Assembly: GCA_026026165.1 (NCBI GenBank)
Contig: JAPEUD010000006.1
Coordinates: 372,001-436,000, forward strand
DNA: 64,000 bases
Direction of reading: 5' to 3'
DNA from: Sarea resinae
Lineage: Eukaryota
Made by a program: the position numbers and the translations under genes. Below the pieces are notes generated by a model. It ran no database searches, was not told the origin of the DNA, and saw only the letters and a program-made list of their open reading frames with translations. Below are positions 1 to 13,900 of the stretch, in pieces. Position 1 is the first letter of the stretch, and every line of letters starts with the position of its first letter.

Positions 1-2580
1 ACTTTGCTTCGGGTAGGGGTAAGCTTCAATGATATGGATGAGGCAAGTATCCTAATACTGACACTCAGAACAATCAGGTCAGCCATATTGCCTTCCTCAG
101 GTGAGCTTCTACCGCGTACCCTTTATTCTAGCTAATGGAACAAGGGACTTCTTCGATGAAGATTGCTTCGAAAATCGCTACTACGACAAGAGATCCTCTA
201 TGTGTTCGTACGAAAGCTTCATTAATGGCGACGAACCCTTCAATGAAATCGACCAAGGAGATGGTGGTTGCGATCGAAAGAAAGGACCAGCAAGTTCCAG
301 GCTAAAGCTTCTTGTTCGGAATCGAGATCCGCGCGCAGACCGCCTGCTAGACTGGTTGGTGAGTATATTTGCCAGAAATACATGGATTTTATTGCGATGA
401 CTGACTGGAAAAGGAACTCGGTATCTTCGAAGCAATTCAGTTCAATTTCCTAGCCGCTATGCAGATAACCGTCTATGCGGACAAGAAAGATCCCAAGAAC
501 GTTCTCGAGACATATACTTTCAGTTTCAACTATACAACCAACGGAGAATCTGTGGATCGAAGTCTAGTTGGAGTGGAATTGGCCGGATCCAAGGGAAAGC
601 CAGTAACAATAAGAGAGGTCAAGTACGATCTTCAGATGATGATTCTCCGTCTAACGGGAATCACGACTTTTCTTCCAGAGCTTCCAGGTGCGGAGAGACA
701 TTCGACATGAAGGACATGTTCCCTCTGCTGACCAGCATGATCCTCCTAGACCGCCGATACGTCGCTGTCCACTTATTTTACACTGAATCTTGTCCGCCAG
801 ATTATGAACCGAATGGCTTCAGAGAAGCCAAGGAAGACGGCATCTCTTTCCCGAACACCGAGAAATTGAAGAAAAGGACCGACGACTGTGGCAAACTGGA
901 TTCTGGTTATCATGCGTAGGATACTTTCCACCTTTTGTATGTGCACTCCAATAATATTTGCTTAGGGTCGGCCTCAAAGTATCATATTCTCAGTGGATAG
1001 ACACGTGCGAGAGTGATTCTGGTAGTAGCCAAGACAATGCGCCAACGAGACGTGAAAGTCGGACTGAAGTCTCTCGCCAAGAAGATATCAATCTCGGTTC
1101 TGTATGGCACGAAGATGCTGGAGCAGATGGACAATATTCTCAACAAGGTGCAGAGCGACATGAGATGCCCGCTATCTCTGATGCAGAATCCTCCGAAAGG
1201 GACACAACAGTGCTGGAGTCCGAAAAGTCAGCGCAGGTCCTGCACGACAGTCTTAACAGTCAAGCTTCTATGGCATCAAATGACCGAAGAGATAGAGCAT
1301 GCTTAGAGCAAATGATAAAGGTGACTTACTCGCTCTGCACCATTTTGACCCAATCCTGATTCGAACTAGCCATCCCAGAATGCTCAATCCAACGATCTCA
1401 TTCCGACACAGAGAGTACAATCGTCCACTCCATCTGGCCGTGAAGTGAGAGCTCAAACGGGGTTGACTACTAAGGATTCGCGCCTACTTCTCAAGATACG
1501 CCTTGTTGAGTCAAAGCTTCGAGACCTCCAAAGCAGAAAGGACGAACTTGCGCGTGCTGCCAAGTCTCGCACCAGACAGATGAACCACAATAAACGACGA
1601 GGTGATCCAGCTGAGGATTCTTCAGACATTGTCAGCTGTCAGTGCGGCTGGGAAGATGAGGAGGATGGAATGGTATGTATCGTTATTCCTTTTGAAGCCC
1701 TAATTTTAATATTATCTAGGTTCAATGTGAATTTTGCAAAACCTGGCAACATCTACATTGCTATGGTTTCAAGGAAGAGGACGACCCTGCTTTGCCAGAA
1801 GGTCATGTCTGCTACAATTGTCTCCTCCATGGAATAGATCCACTATTGTTGGAGAGATTGAAGACACTGTCTTTGTATCGAAGAGCCGTCGATATCATCT
1901 ATGGCTTAGGATATCCATCGAATGAACGAGGTTTTGTCCAATTGCTTGGTAAGTCTTGTTGGATTCCACGTGATAACTCTTCTGACCTTGCCAGGTTGTA
2001 AGCCAGAAGTTGCTAGGTCAATAGCAGTGAAGCTTCAAGACCTAGGATGCCTTCAGTCGACACGCTCTTCCAGGAGGACTTGCAATAAGGAGCCAGCAGG
2101 ACAGCTGAAAGCAGTCAAATCATCCTTGCAACGCCGACGTATTGAACGACTATTTTTTAATCCTCGAGCTTTGATAGAGCATTTTGTACGAGACTTCCTA
2201 ATCCCACATCTTCTGCGGTGAGTGCTGACTAGATTACTTCCATCGGCCAGCTATATCCTTCAGGTGACGACTTGATCGAAAACTCTCAATCCTCGGAACA
2301 AGCAAATGGATGGTATGGCGCAATGAATTATGCATTCCTCTCTGATGGACTTCATGCAAATTTGGGGGCTTCCAGCAGTGGCAGTGACATGAATCTTGAT
2401 CTCAGTGCTTCCCGACATAGCCGCAAAACAGTGTCGAAAAAGAGAACACAAGACGACGAGCACACCGACAGGACTAGGAAAAAGCTTAGAAGTAGCCACG
2501 TGGAGAAGCCGATCAACATCGGCGTCGGACTGGACACCCCTTCGCCTCTCCGAATCGCCCAATTTTCAGGGTCTGAATAG
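1..2580 (+). CDS. HOP1: Meiotic HORMA-domain chromosome axis protein Hop1 (multi-exon, 5' end outside the window)
   Basis: Spliced ORF pieces give HORMA-like segments (VSHIAFLR/DFFDEDCFENRYY, NVLETYTFSFNY, RRYVAVHLFYTESCPPDYEPNGF). These are followed by a PHD finger (CQCG...VQCEFCKTWQHLHCYG...HVCYNC) and a C-terminal tail ending at TAG 2580. GT-AG introns link the ORF-track fragments. Confidence 0.85.
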
Positions 2581-5361
2581 GCTTTTGGCAAGCCTCGCTT
2601 CGCTATGCTTTGAACGAGTGATGGCTACTCTTGCTTTTGGATGAAAATACAGGGTCGATTTGCTGAGGCGGGATTACACGCGGCCTTTTGTTTCTGAATT
2701 TCAAGCTGCAATCGATGCTGCTGCTCATCCTTATCAGCTATCATAGCTTCTATCTGTCTACCTACTGTATCTACCAGTAGAGTATCACTTGCCTTAGGTC
2801 AGCAATAAGTCTACTCCGTACATGCCTAGGTACATAGTAGTACTGCGGTAGAGGCACGACTTATAGTACTAGCGTGGTCGTTCTTCCTTGCTCATGACGA
2901 TTTTCCCAAAGGAAATATGACACCAACAAGGGTCCAGGTCTTTATCCATACCTTACTCCTAATTCGCGAACCATGCCGTGCGACGCTGGCGTGCAGCATC
3001 CCGAGGAATTTCAGTCACGCATTTCTAATCGCACAAGGCGGCTCCATCAGAACTTTTGACCAACAAGTCGTCTCACCATATGGCTGAAGGAGGCAGCGTG
3101 TCGCACAGAGCATATCGAGATGTCTTCACTGATCGCCAACAATTCTTCCATGTTTCAGTACTAGTGCCGGCTCTTACAAGCAAAGTTGCTGCACCGATTT
3201 CAACAAGAGAAAAGCATCACGATTGTACTTCCAACGAAGTAGGAAGCATGAGCATCTGTTTTGTGCATTAGGTCGCCACGTCGAGCATGCTGGCAGTCTG
3301 CCTCTTCGAAGAGTGCTGCATCGCCGTATTAGCAGTTCTGCATGCCAGCCTGAAAGGAGCTCTCCATACATACATATTAGACCACATTGTTTCTCCATTC
3401 TATGATGATCACGAGTATTCAAGGTTCACTACCAAGAGATCGTCACGCGATTCGTGATCATCGCCACGACTCTCATTTGTGCGGTCGATAGCAACAGCAA
3501 CAGAAGCCATGAAGGTGACCCGGTCCCTGCCGGAGCAAGCCGCGATATCCCAAAGAGGTAATGAGTCGTACTCCGGAGTAGACAGCAAGTGCTGGTCTTT
3601 GCCGCATTAGGGCAACGGGCCAGGGAAACTTTGGTGCCTGCAGCGGCTGGCCGGCCTACCCAAATCCTTTCGAGTATCTCATATCGCACCCCGTCCGTGA
3701 CTCGCAATTTTATCCCTGGATCAAGGTAAGATTCCTCTTAGCCCCGACTTTAGGCCCGTGAAGTTCCCTTTGAGTCTCTCGAAAGGCTCGAGATACCCGG
3801 TCCGGCCAAGATGCACCACATGCACATGGCAAGGTGAGGCGCATACGGACACCGTCAACCCGGGTGGCTCTGCCCATGGTCCACCAATGAGGATACTGGG
3901 GAGGCGCAATCGAAGACAGGTTCGACTTGGTACCTTGAACGTCCTCGTAGGGCATCTCGGTGCTACGAGAAGGGACTCTAGTCTCTACCATCCATGGTAC
4001 AAATAGTCTACTCTGGAGTTATGGAGTACATGGAAAGGGCGGCTTTACTATGTACTCCGGAGTATGTGCTGTCTTTTCCCCTGATGAATCAAATTGACTT
4101 TCGTCCACCCCTGATCGCAGTCTGGCTTGGTACCGGACGGGCGGACAATAGCCGAGAGTCTACTCATAGTAGTAGGTACTATGAGTACCTCAGATAGCGT
4201 GGCGCATGGGACTCGTTACGAATCATTACTGCGGTACGGAGTCGGTCAGGGTCAGGGCCCTCTTGGCCATAAGGGACTACTCCGTACTCACCCCGTCCTC
4301 GATCCAGACGGCTGTGATGGAGCACGAGGGCGGCATAAGCTGTACATAGTAGGAGTAGCAGGTGGGCCAGGAACGAGAGGGTGGAGAGGCTTGTCCTGTT
4401 CTTCCTCATCCTGCTCAAAGTGCGTTCATCATTGTCCCAAACGGAAAGCATCATGCTGGCCATTCTCTCTCCCTCTATACCCGCCCCATCCGCGTGACGG
4501 TGGACACCTCATCTGTGATGTTGGCGGGTGGTTGCTGAGTGCGACTCGGTACGAAATACTGCTCACATCATCTGGCAAATTGCAATGGCTTGCTTGCCCT
4601 GACCACCCCCGGACGAAAAGACACTCATAGAGGCATACTACGTACTTCGTACATGGCACGCACCGGACTCAGTCGTCATATCGGACCGGGCAGCGACGCC
4701 TCTTCTTCATCTAAATCCCCGGCGCAGCGCTATGTTCCCATCCGGGAGTAGGTAGGTAATGTAGGTACTGCGTAGGTAGGTCATCATTGCTCGAATGATA
4801 TCCCGTCCAGTAGAGTACCCAAGAGTACCACGCAGTAGAGTACGGTGGAGTGGTAGTCCAGCCAAAGCGTAGGCGCCTTTCCCTTTCCCTTTCCCTTGTC
4901 AGCCATACCAACCTATGTATTCGGATACCCCGTCTGATTGATTCTGAAAAAACATCCGTTCAACTCTCCTACCACTCAGTGCTCACTCAGTGGGTCTATC
5001 AACTGGGTATCTCTTCCTTCGACCGCCATTACGACTTCGAAAGATCCTAGATACATACCCGTTCGATGCCTTGAACCCAAGCAAGATGCGTTTCCATGGT
5101 CTGCACTAACGGTGGATCGGCTTCGATGTCGAGGGCGCGGATCTGCAATGATCACAGACGAGCAAGCTGATCTCGTTCTTGGCTAGTTCTGATGGCATAC
5201 ATCACTACCACTCTTGATTCAGCTGCATCCATTCGCCTTGTTCCAGCCCTATCTTCGGAAAGTCCTTGCGGCCCCGCCGCAGAGCATCTACCACCGCTGT
5301 CTCGACCGTCAACTTCGCATCAGCGTTCGAGCGCTCAGCAGACCTCAACGGCATCATCAAG

Positions 5362-7899
5362 ATGGGTCGAAGCTCCATGTTCTCCTTCTCGAGACCACAT
5401 CGGAGAACCGCAACACCGGTATCGATCAATCCTCCGGAAGGACTTCCGATAGCGGTCAACCCTCCTGTGAACAACAACTTCTCCTCGAAAGCAGATAGGC
5501 TGCTTGGTACGCCAACACCGGATCAAGATAATGGAACCCGAGGTCTGCCAAGAGGAGCATACTTCAGAGAAGAGCATGGCTATGGAAGTGTACCAGTTTC
5601 AGAGAGGAGCTTCGACGAAGGGCGTACATCCGTTCAGGAGAATTCTTCCGCAAGAACAAGTCCTAGGCACGGATTGTTGAGATTGCCACAAAAAAGGGCC
5701 GTCCAGCCGCGACCATCATCTCCTTTACTCGGACAACGCTACCACGACTCGTCAAATGGACACCTTACCGATCAAGTTGGCCGACAAGGGCGATACAACG
5801 GATCTTCATCCACACTTCACTCAACAAATGACCAATTGCGCCCGCCTACAGCTTTATCCGGGCGTACAGGTGCCTCTTCTATCTATAGCCAACCCTCTCC
5901 TCCAAGATCATTTGCTGTGATGGCCGACAACAATCGCAGCACGCCCTCCCCACTTCGCCAAAATCTGCCCGCAATCGCACAAGACGACCGTCAAAGCGTA
6001 TCTTCGATCGCTCCTGATGACCATGGCGATCATACACGACGACATCTAAAAGGGAGGCCACCTTTTGGCCTCACCAGATTCTTCCCGAAACCTCGCTCAA
6101 CCACTGGATCGATGTACTCTGCTCATACAGCTGTCAATTCTCCGCCTGAACGGTTGACTGATTCCGATCGAGCTCAGCCTCAAAATCAGGGACGGTGGAA
6201 GAATCTAAGAGGTGTGAAGTCAAAAGAGTCGATCTCTGCCTCAAGCAACTATTCCTTAAAGCCAGCCCCTTCACTTCCATATACTCAAGCAGGAGGGAAA
6301 GTAAACGTCAGGAAACCAAAACGGGGAATACAAAATTGGTTTGATGATTTTGAACAAGATGAGGAACCCGACTCGGACGACATGACCGCCACGCGACCCA
6401 ATTCTGTAGCTGCTCGAAGCTCTGTGGGTGCTGCTAATAGGACTCCAGATACCAGCGTTAGACGTAACAGCCGCTCGGCAAGGGACAGCACCTTTAGTAA
6501 TAGAACCTTTCAAACCCAGGATTCTGGCCACACCTTTGGACGCCAGGTCGATCTGCTTCCTCCACGTCCATACAAGCCTGTCAAAACAAACCTGGGCGCT
6601 CCGCCGATGGATGCCAGCAGCACCACCTCGAAATCCAGCCGGAAGAGTGAGAGTTCGAGGAGGACGGGCGGCAGTATGCTTTCAAAATCAGACTTGCAGC
6701 AACATAGCGTCCTCGCATTGTCTTCTTCCGAGGATGAAGATGGTGGCGAAGATGAGGAAGAGGAGACCTTCTCTTTTCGCGATGGAGATTTTGACGCAGG
6801 CCCGGAAAATTATCCAGAAGAGAGCGACTACAATGAATTCACGATATGCAATGCGCATGAAGTTGTGACCAAATTCGCAGGGGCACCCAGCTTGGAAGAT
6901 CGGTCTCCCCGTGGACTCATGCCCCGGCCTACAGCTAAAGAACGTGGGTCAAGAAGGAGGCCGCAGAGTATTAGGTCGTTTGGCTCTCATCATCGAACAA
7001 TGCCAGGTATCCCCGAGGATACAAGGCAAGAGATGTCAAGGCTATCATTGTCCACTGTCGGCGGGACTAGCAAGTCAAAACGAAGCTCTTCGAATTTCGC
7101 CACAACTGATAGCAGAGGCCGGATACGCCACGCTTCCCCTCCTGGCCCGGCGACAGGGACAGAAAGTAGAGTAGAGAGCCGGTTCAGCCAATCAGCTTTC
7201 TCGAGCAGAAAAGAAGAGAGAGCAGGTGAGGACGAAGAGGAGGACGAGGAGGACGAGGAGGACGAGGAGGACGAGGAAGACATGATAGCGACTGAAGCAA
7301 GGATGTCGAGTCTGCGCCCTGGACCGACAGGCCAGGCATACGAATCACCACCAGCTTCTGAGATAGGAGATACTCTGGCCCCCGAAGAAGACCCCTTTTT
7401 CCTCGAATTAGACAGTTCCGGGCCTTTTGCGCCCGGGAATAGCAATTCTGGAAGGAGACACTCGGGTTCTCCTACGGGGCGATCTGCTAAGCTTGAAGAA
7501 AGAACTTCCCTTTCTCCATTGGAAACCTCCCTCCATCCACATCCAAGATCATTCTTGCCGACACCAAACGTATCGCCGAGCCTTCATTTCAGCCCCTACG
7601 AGATACGCCCATCGTCCTACGCAAGCTACGCGACTAGTGGCAGTCTTGCTTCTGACCACGCCGCTTCAGATAACCGGGCAAGAACCTTCATGCGCGATTC
7701 CAATTCAACTATGGCGCATGTGAGTGGTGCCTTCGATGACCGAAGGCGCTCGAGGAGAAGCACCACGAGCACAGCCCCTTTCCTATTGCAAGGCGTGAGG
7801 GAGGGTGTTCAGGAAAGCGAGCAGGCGACCGAAGAACTCTACAAGATATGGAGCTTAGAGGGCTGGAAAGGATTGAACGGATTGACTGCAGCTGGTTGA
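5362..7899 (+). CDS. Hypothetical S/R/P-rich, largely disordered protein (~845 aa)
   Basis: Single 877-codon ORF (5266-7899); first ATG at 5362 (MGRSSMFSF). Contains acidic tracts and short ordered islands (VRKPKRGIQNWFD; SDLQQHSVLALSSSEDE). No domain recognised. Confidence 0.75.
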   Translation: MGRSSMFSFSRPHRRTATPVSINPPEGLPIAVNPPVNNNFSSKADRLLGTPTPDQDNGTRGLPRGAYFREEHGYGSVPVSERSFDEGRTSVQENSSARTSPRHGLLRLPQKRAVQPRPSSPLLGQRYHDSSNGHLTDQVGRQGRYNGSSSTLHSTNDQLRPPTALSGRTGASSIYSQPSPPRSFAVMADNNRSTPSPLRQNLPAIAQDDRQSVSSIAPDDHGDHTRRHLKGRPPFGLTRFFPKPRSTTGSMYSAHTAVNSPPERLTDSDRAQPQNQGRWKNLRGVKSKESISASSNYSLKPAPSLPYTQAGGKVNVRKPKRGIQNWFDDFEQDEEPDSDDMTATRPNSVAARSSVGAANRTPDTSVRRNSRSARDSTFSNRTFQTQDSGHTFGRQVDLLPPRPYKPVKTNLGAPPMDASSTTSKSSRKSESSRRTGGSMLSKSDLQQHSVLALSSSEDEDGGEDEEEETFSFRDGDFDAGPENYPEESDYNEFTICNAHEVVTKFAGAPSLEDRSPRGLMPRPTAKERGSRRRPQSIRSFGSHHRTMPGIPEDTRQEMSRLSLSTVGGTSKSKRSSSNFATTDSRGRIRHASPPGPATGTESRVESRFSQSAFSSRKEERAGEDEEEDEEDEEDEEDEEDMIATEARMSSLRPGPTGQAYESPPASEIGDTLAPEEDPFFLELDSSGPFAPGNSNSGRRHSGSPTGRSAKLEERTSLSPLETSLHPHPRSFLPTPNVSPSLHFSPYEIRPSSYASYATSGSLASDHAASDNRARTFMRDSNSTMAHVSGAFDDRRRSRRSTTSTAPFLLQGVREGVQESEQATEELYKIWSLEGWKGLNGLTAAG

Positions 7900-8755
7900 A
7901 GACGAAGCGAGAGCTCAAATGTTAGCGTCTCATCTCGAATCACGGTTAATGCGCTGGACGGGTAATATGACATGACTTGCATTATAGGCTTTCTGCTGGG
8001 ATCACATTTATTTCGGTTTAATATCTAATTGTTATTTCTTTCGCTGGAGTACTTGAGTCTCTGGGGCGGGGGCGCTGATCGGGTCATCTCCGGTAAACCT
8101 AGCTCTTCGATTTTGTCTCTTCGACGTTCGATTTCTTTCGGAGGATCTCTGGAGATGTCTATAGGAATGGACGTAGCTCAGATTTCACTTTGTTGTAAAT
8201 GAAGACGGACTCCACATACTCGGTCTTATATTGGCTCAGACAGTCGACTGCGAGTGAGCTGTACTATTAGTACTTCGTACCTCGTCTGTCTGGGAAGGAC
8301 GTGATGTGCTACAGGGGGTTGGCCAACCGAGCTGGGCCCAACCAAGGTGATACCAGATGAGGAAGAGCCAAGATTCACCCCGTAAGGTACCGAGCGACCT
8401 TGTGATTAGCCGAGCTGGCCTAGGGGAAACGATGATGACCATGACAATTTACCTGGTCGACCTCTACCTTACCTACCTCCAGCTCACCTACCTACATTTC
8501 CCATACTGACCCCAATACTTACCTCAAGCATTCGACTCCTTCGCATGTCATTTTACACCTTGGGCCTCAGCGTCCACGTCCCGTGTCTCTGCTGTTGCTC
8601 CAGTGGCTTCCCACCGTGTTACGCTGCATCGTTTGCCTTTGTTGTTGCTTGAAGATCTCGTCATTCTATGTTGCTCTGGCCAGCATCTACGACTCTATAT
8701 CTCTCAAGATCCTAACTAGAGCATCCCGTCAAGTCAAGCGAGAGGGCTTCAGAGG

Positions 8756-10272
8756 ATGGCGGCCGGTGGCCTTCATGAGCCAGCATGGGGTGGGATCCCA
8801 TTGAAGCGCATCTCTCTAGTATCTGTGAGTCTCTTCATACATCTAGAGGGGAAGGAATCGCGCTGATAATCGTGCAGCTCATGTTTCAAAATTCTGCCTT
8901 GATACTGGTATACTGGATCCTTTTGTCCCGCTTAGATTTTACTTTCTTATGCCATAGCTGACACCAGCGCATAGATCATGCACTATTCTCGGATTATGCC
9001 TTTAGTTGGTGGCCATCGATACCTCACTTCTACTGCCGTGTTTCTGAACGAGGCGATCAAACTGGCCGTCTGCCTAAGCATTGCGCTGTATGACATTTCT
9101 CGAAATCTATCTCCCTCTACACCCGCAACATCGCTGTTCAGCACACTCTCGAGAGCGGTCTTCACAGGTGACAGCTGGAAACTCGCCATTCCAGCCATGC
9201 TCTACACCCTCCAGAATTCCCTCCAGTACATTGCTGTCTCAAATCTCGATGCGGCTACCTTTCAGGTCACCTATCAGCTCAAGATCTTTGCAACAGCTAT
9301 CTTCAGTGTTTTACTGCTTGGACGAAGCCTCTCGGCCAAAAAATGGGTTGCGCTTGTGATGCTCATGCTGGGAGTGGCAATTGCGCAAGCACCAAATGCC
9401 GAATCTGTTCCTCTTGGATCCTTCAAGGATGCGCAGTCGAGATTCTATTCCTCGCGGTCACTAGAGGGCTTGCGAGGGAGGAATAATCCCGGAGGGGCGA
9501 TGATGAGTAAGCGATCTGCAACCTATGAAGGCATACAAGAGGATGATGTGCTTGAAAACCCTCAGTCGAACGCTTCTGTCGGTTTCATGGCTGCTCTTGC
9601 GGCATGCATCCTCTCTGGATTTGCTGGAGTCTACTTCGAGAAAGTACTCAAAGATTCCAATGCTTCCGCCTCGCTATGGGTGCGGAATGTACAGCTCTCG
9701 TTCTATTCACTCTTTCCAGCACTATTCATTGGAGTCATCTTCAAAGACGGAGAAGAAATTGCTAAGAACGGCTTTTTCACGGGCTATAATTGGGTGGTTT
9801 GGACGGCGATTGGTTTCCAAGCCTTGGGTGGAATTCTGGTTGGGCTCTGCGTAAATTACGCAAATAACATCGCCAAGAACTTTGCGACAAGTAACAGCAT
9901 CATCATAAGCTTTCTCGCATGCATTTGGTTCTTCAACTTCGAGGTTACGACAAATGTGTGCTATCCCACCTTACGACCTTGACGACCTCTGCTAACGCTC
10001 TGTTCTAGTTCCTGCTCGGCACCACGATCGTCATATTCGCGACATACCTTTACAGCAGACCAGACCGCCCAAGACCACCGCCAATCAAGATCGTAAAGTA
10101 CGAGAAGACTACCATTGACCGCGATCCTCCTACATACGAAGAAAAGTCTTTGAATGTTCCTACGACGCCAATGACTGGTGAAGGTTTATCTACTTCCAGG
10201 CCAAGCTCTCCAATGCGACATCACTCTCGAACCGCTTCCGGAAGAGGAAAGAGTGGGAAACGAGATGCCTAG
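8756..10272 (+). CDS. Nucleotide-sugar (UDP-galactose-type, SLC35A/gms1-like) transporter
   Basis: Exons MAAGG...KRISLVS / LMFQNSALIL / MHYSR...EVTTN / FLLGTTIVIFATYLY...RDA*. Family motifs STAVFLNEAIKL, LYTLQNSLQY, FQVTYQLKI, GFAGVYFEKVLK and WVRNVQLS. Confidence 0.9.
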
Positions 10273-10936
10273 ACAGCCGCATCTTATTCCGTCTCGATCG
10301 ACTACAGTTGGCACCCGCTGCGTCTAGGGCTGGGATGCTTTTACTCAGCATTGGTTTGGTAGTTCGGTCGAACGTTGATCAATTTATTATCTCAGTTGCG
10401 AGAGCCAATGAATGCCCTGAACGCGGCTAGCGAGAAGGGGCCGTAGTTCACAGGCGTCATAGCACGCATTATCGGTCTATGAGAAGACAGATGCTCGGAG
10501 AGACCAGCGTTTTCGCCGTCAGCTAGTGTTCTTGACCTATCCCATTCCGGTTCACTTGAATTTGGGCCAGAACGGGAGTCTGAAATTAGGATTAGTGGCG
10601 TTATAGTCTGGCAAAGGGGGCTTGGGGTAGGAATATGTGTATGGGCCGAGAATGCTCTTCGCAATTTGATATGATCATAACCATCCCTCACCCGGTTCTT
10701 TTTGACTCTGAATTTGAAGCGCATGTTGAAATTTGGCTTAGTAACGGTCTCTACAATCATACCTCAAATTCATTTCGTCCCTCTCCCCGACCAAAACGAT
10801 CAATTGTCCAGACTACCTTGTCTCAGGATTGGTCACCGGCGCCTCGCTTTTCAACATTCCGCATAAATTTATAAACAGTAGCTGGAATATGCGAACACCT
10901 TCCTTCATATAAATTGCTTTATCAAGTTCCGTATAG

Positions 10937-13900
10937 ATGGATCAGAGTATAGAGGCTCTGCTGCGAGAGCTTACAGGGTCTGATGAGGCTCATGGGGGAA
11001 GAGAAGCAGCGTTGGATGGCACAGGTTCCAATATACCATGCAGCCCTAACGCCTCTCACCGCAGCTATGCCGAAAGATCGGCGAATTATTCCGGCCAACA
11101 GGAATTGAGGCACGAGCTGGAATTTTTGGAACCAGCCTTTGATGCTTTTGGTAAGTAACAACACCCACGAAAAGAGCTGAAGGGCTTGATTAACGCACGA
11201 AAGACCAAAATCTGCTGCGGCAGCCGCAAGATAATAGACACTTGAGGGCGCCTCGTGGGGAAATGAGGCTTTCGCTGCCAGTGGGGCTCCCGCCAGGTAT
11301 GCCAGATACGATCGGTAACTTGAATCGAGAGGAAGGACGGCAGGGCCCATCTAGTGGTTATTTCAATTTCGAAGTTTGATGTGGCGGGTGCCTTTTTTTC
11401 GCTGGGAGCTAATATAATAACAGGCCACGCCACGATGCAACACCCTAATTACGAAGGTAGGTTTGCATCAATCTCAATTAATGTAGTGAACGTAAAAGAC
11501 CGCTAAGTCATAACAGGCTCTTATCCTGAAAGTCCACTCGGCCACGCACAAGGCTACAGCTCGCCTCCTAACCAGCTATTGTCTAGTCCTTCTGTATGGG
11601 CAAGTCAGAGGCCTGGAAGAGTGCAGCAATCACAAAGGCGTGACCCCAATGAGCCTGTCCATGACATACACCGGCCAGCTCAAAGAGAACACCGTTTGCC
11701 AATCTCTTCTCCCCAGCCATTAGCGTTGAGGCAGGCTCCACCTATAGTTCACGGGATTCAGCTCGTATCCTTGGACTGCTTGCCTGACCGCTTCCGTTCC
11801 GTCTTCCCGTATCCTATATTGAACGCAGTGCAGTCGAAGTGCTTCGAACCAGTCTATAATACCAACGACAACTTTGTGCTTTCAGCTCCTACCGGTAGTG
11901 GGAAGACGGCTGTCCTTGAACTAGCGATCTGCCGATTGCTCCTCGGCTTTCGAGCCGGCCAGTACAAGGTCATTTACCAGGCTCCTACTAAATCTCTCTG
12001 CTCCGAGAGGTGGAGGGACTGGCAAGCCAAATTCACTCCTCTCGGTCTCAAGTGTGCTGAACTTACAGGAGACACCGAGCACGCCCAGCTGAGGAACGTA
12101 CAGCATGCTGATATAATTATCACAACCCCTGAGAAATGGGATAGCATAACCAGGAAATGGAAGGATCACAGACGGCTCATGGACCTGATAAAGCTTTTTC
12201 TCGTTGACGAAATACATATCTTGAAGGATACTCGCGGTGCTACTTTGGAGGCAGTAGTATCTCGCATGAAATCGCTTCAATCAGATGTCCGCTTCATAGC
12301 ATTGAGTGCGACTGTCCCCAACTCTGACGACGTCGCGACTTGGTTAGGCAAGAGTTCGACCTCAGTGAACTTACCGGCTATCAGACAGGTGTTTGGAGAG
12401 GACTTTCGGCCAGTCAAGCTCCAAAAGTTTGTTTATGGCTTTATGGGGCAAGGAAATGATTTTGCTCTCGATAAAGTTCTTGATAAGAAGTATGCGGTAG
12501 TCCCTCATGAGGCTCGAAGCCACTGCTATTACTAATGACTAAAGGCTTCCCGACCTTATCATCAAACACTCTCACAAAAAACCTGTCATGATATTCTGTC
12601 CAACAAGAAATTCAGCAATCTCAACTGCGAAGCTGCTGTCGAAAGCATGGGCACTGAAACATCCGCGCGACCGTCCATGGCCCTCCACTGGCCAACGAAT
12701 ACTTCTGCAGAACACTGAACTACGTGGTAATGTCTAAGCTCTGCACACAGGCTGGTTGGCACTGACTCCCTTTTCAGGGTATTCGGAACATGGGGTTGCT
12801 TTTCATCATGCGGGGTTAGAAAATGCAGACCGTCTGGCCGTTGAAAAGGCGTACCTTGAAGGCCACATTGGTGTTATCTGTAGCACATCTACCCTTGCAA
12901 TTGGAGTCAACCTTCCCTGCCATTTAGTCATTGTGAAGAATACTGTCGCCTGGCAAGGCAGCGCCATGCAGGAATACGCGGACCTAGATGTCATACAAAT
13001 GCTAGGGCGTGCTGGCCGGTGAGTCGTCCAGAGATCAATTCGAATGTGACCTCTGATATCATATACAGTCCACAATTTGACGATACAGCTGTAGCTGTTA
13101 TTATGACGAGGAAGGAAAAGGTGGAGCACTATGAAAGAATCGTATCTGGCCAGGAGATTTTAGAGAGCTGGTAAGGTTCGGTTCGTTCTGTGTATCACTG
13201 ACCAGAGTGGTTGACTTTGCCCGCAGCCTCCACTTGCATCTGATTGAACATCTGGTATGCGCTTACTGACCATCGGCTCTTCGGACGTGACTGACGATAA
13301 AGAACGCCGAGATAGCCCTTGGGACCATATGCGATGCTCATTCGGCCAAGAGATGGTTATGTGGGACGTTCCTTTACGTTCGACTCAAGCAAAATCCCAA
13401 ACACTACAAAATGGAGGGCGACCTTGGAGTGAAAGATGTTGATGAGAGACTTGAGCATATATGCAATCGAGATATCGGTCTTCTCCAGGACATTGATCTA
13501 GTCACGGCTGAAGGTAGACTAGAGTGTACCGACTTCGGCGATGCAATGTCTCGATACTACATGAGGTATGCAACCATGAAGACATTCATTAGTTTGGGAG
13601 GAAAGGCTAGGCTGTCAGAGATAGTAGGTTACAGACCCTCCAGGATATTCGTCCCTGACGGTCCGTAGTTATCTGCAGTTGCCCAAGCCGACGAGTTTAG
13701 GGAAGTGCGTCTCAAGGGCGGAGAAAAGCCCCTATACAAGGAGATAAATAAAGGGCTATCGATCAAGTTCCCTATCAATGTCGACATAGCATTACCAGCA
13801 CACAAAGTGTCCCTCATTATCCAGTCAGAACTCGGCGGCGCCGAATTTCCTTCGGATGAGCAGTATCAAAGACACAAGGCCCAATATCAACAGGATCGAA

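Noticed and set aside
2600..5260. Long intergenic region with many short palindromes (AGTACT, ACTCCGGAGT, TACGTA) and short ORFs
   Set aside because: Such motifs are common in filamentous-ascomycete intergenic DNA; no ordered array or convincing protein.
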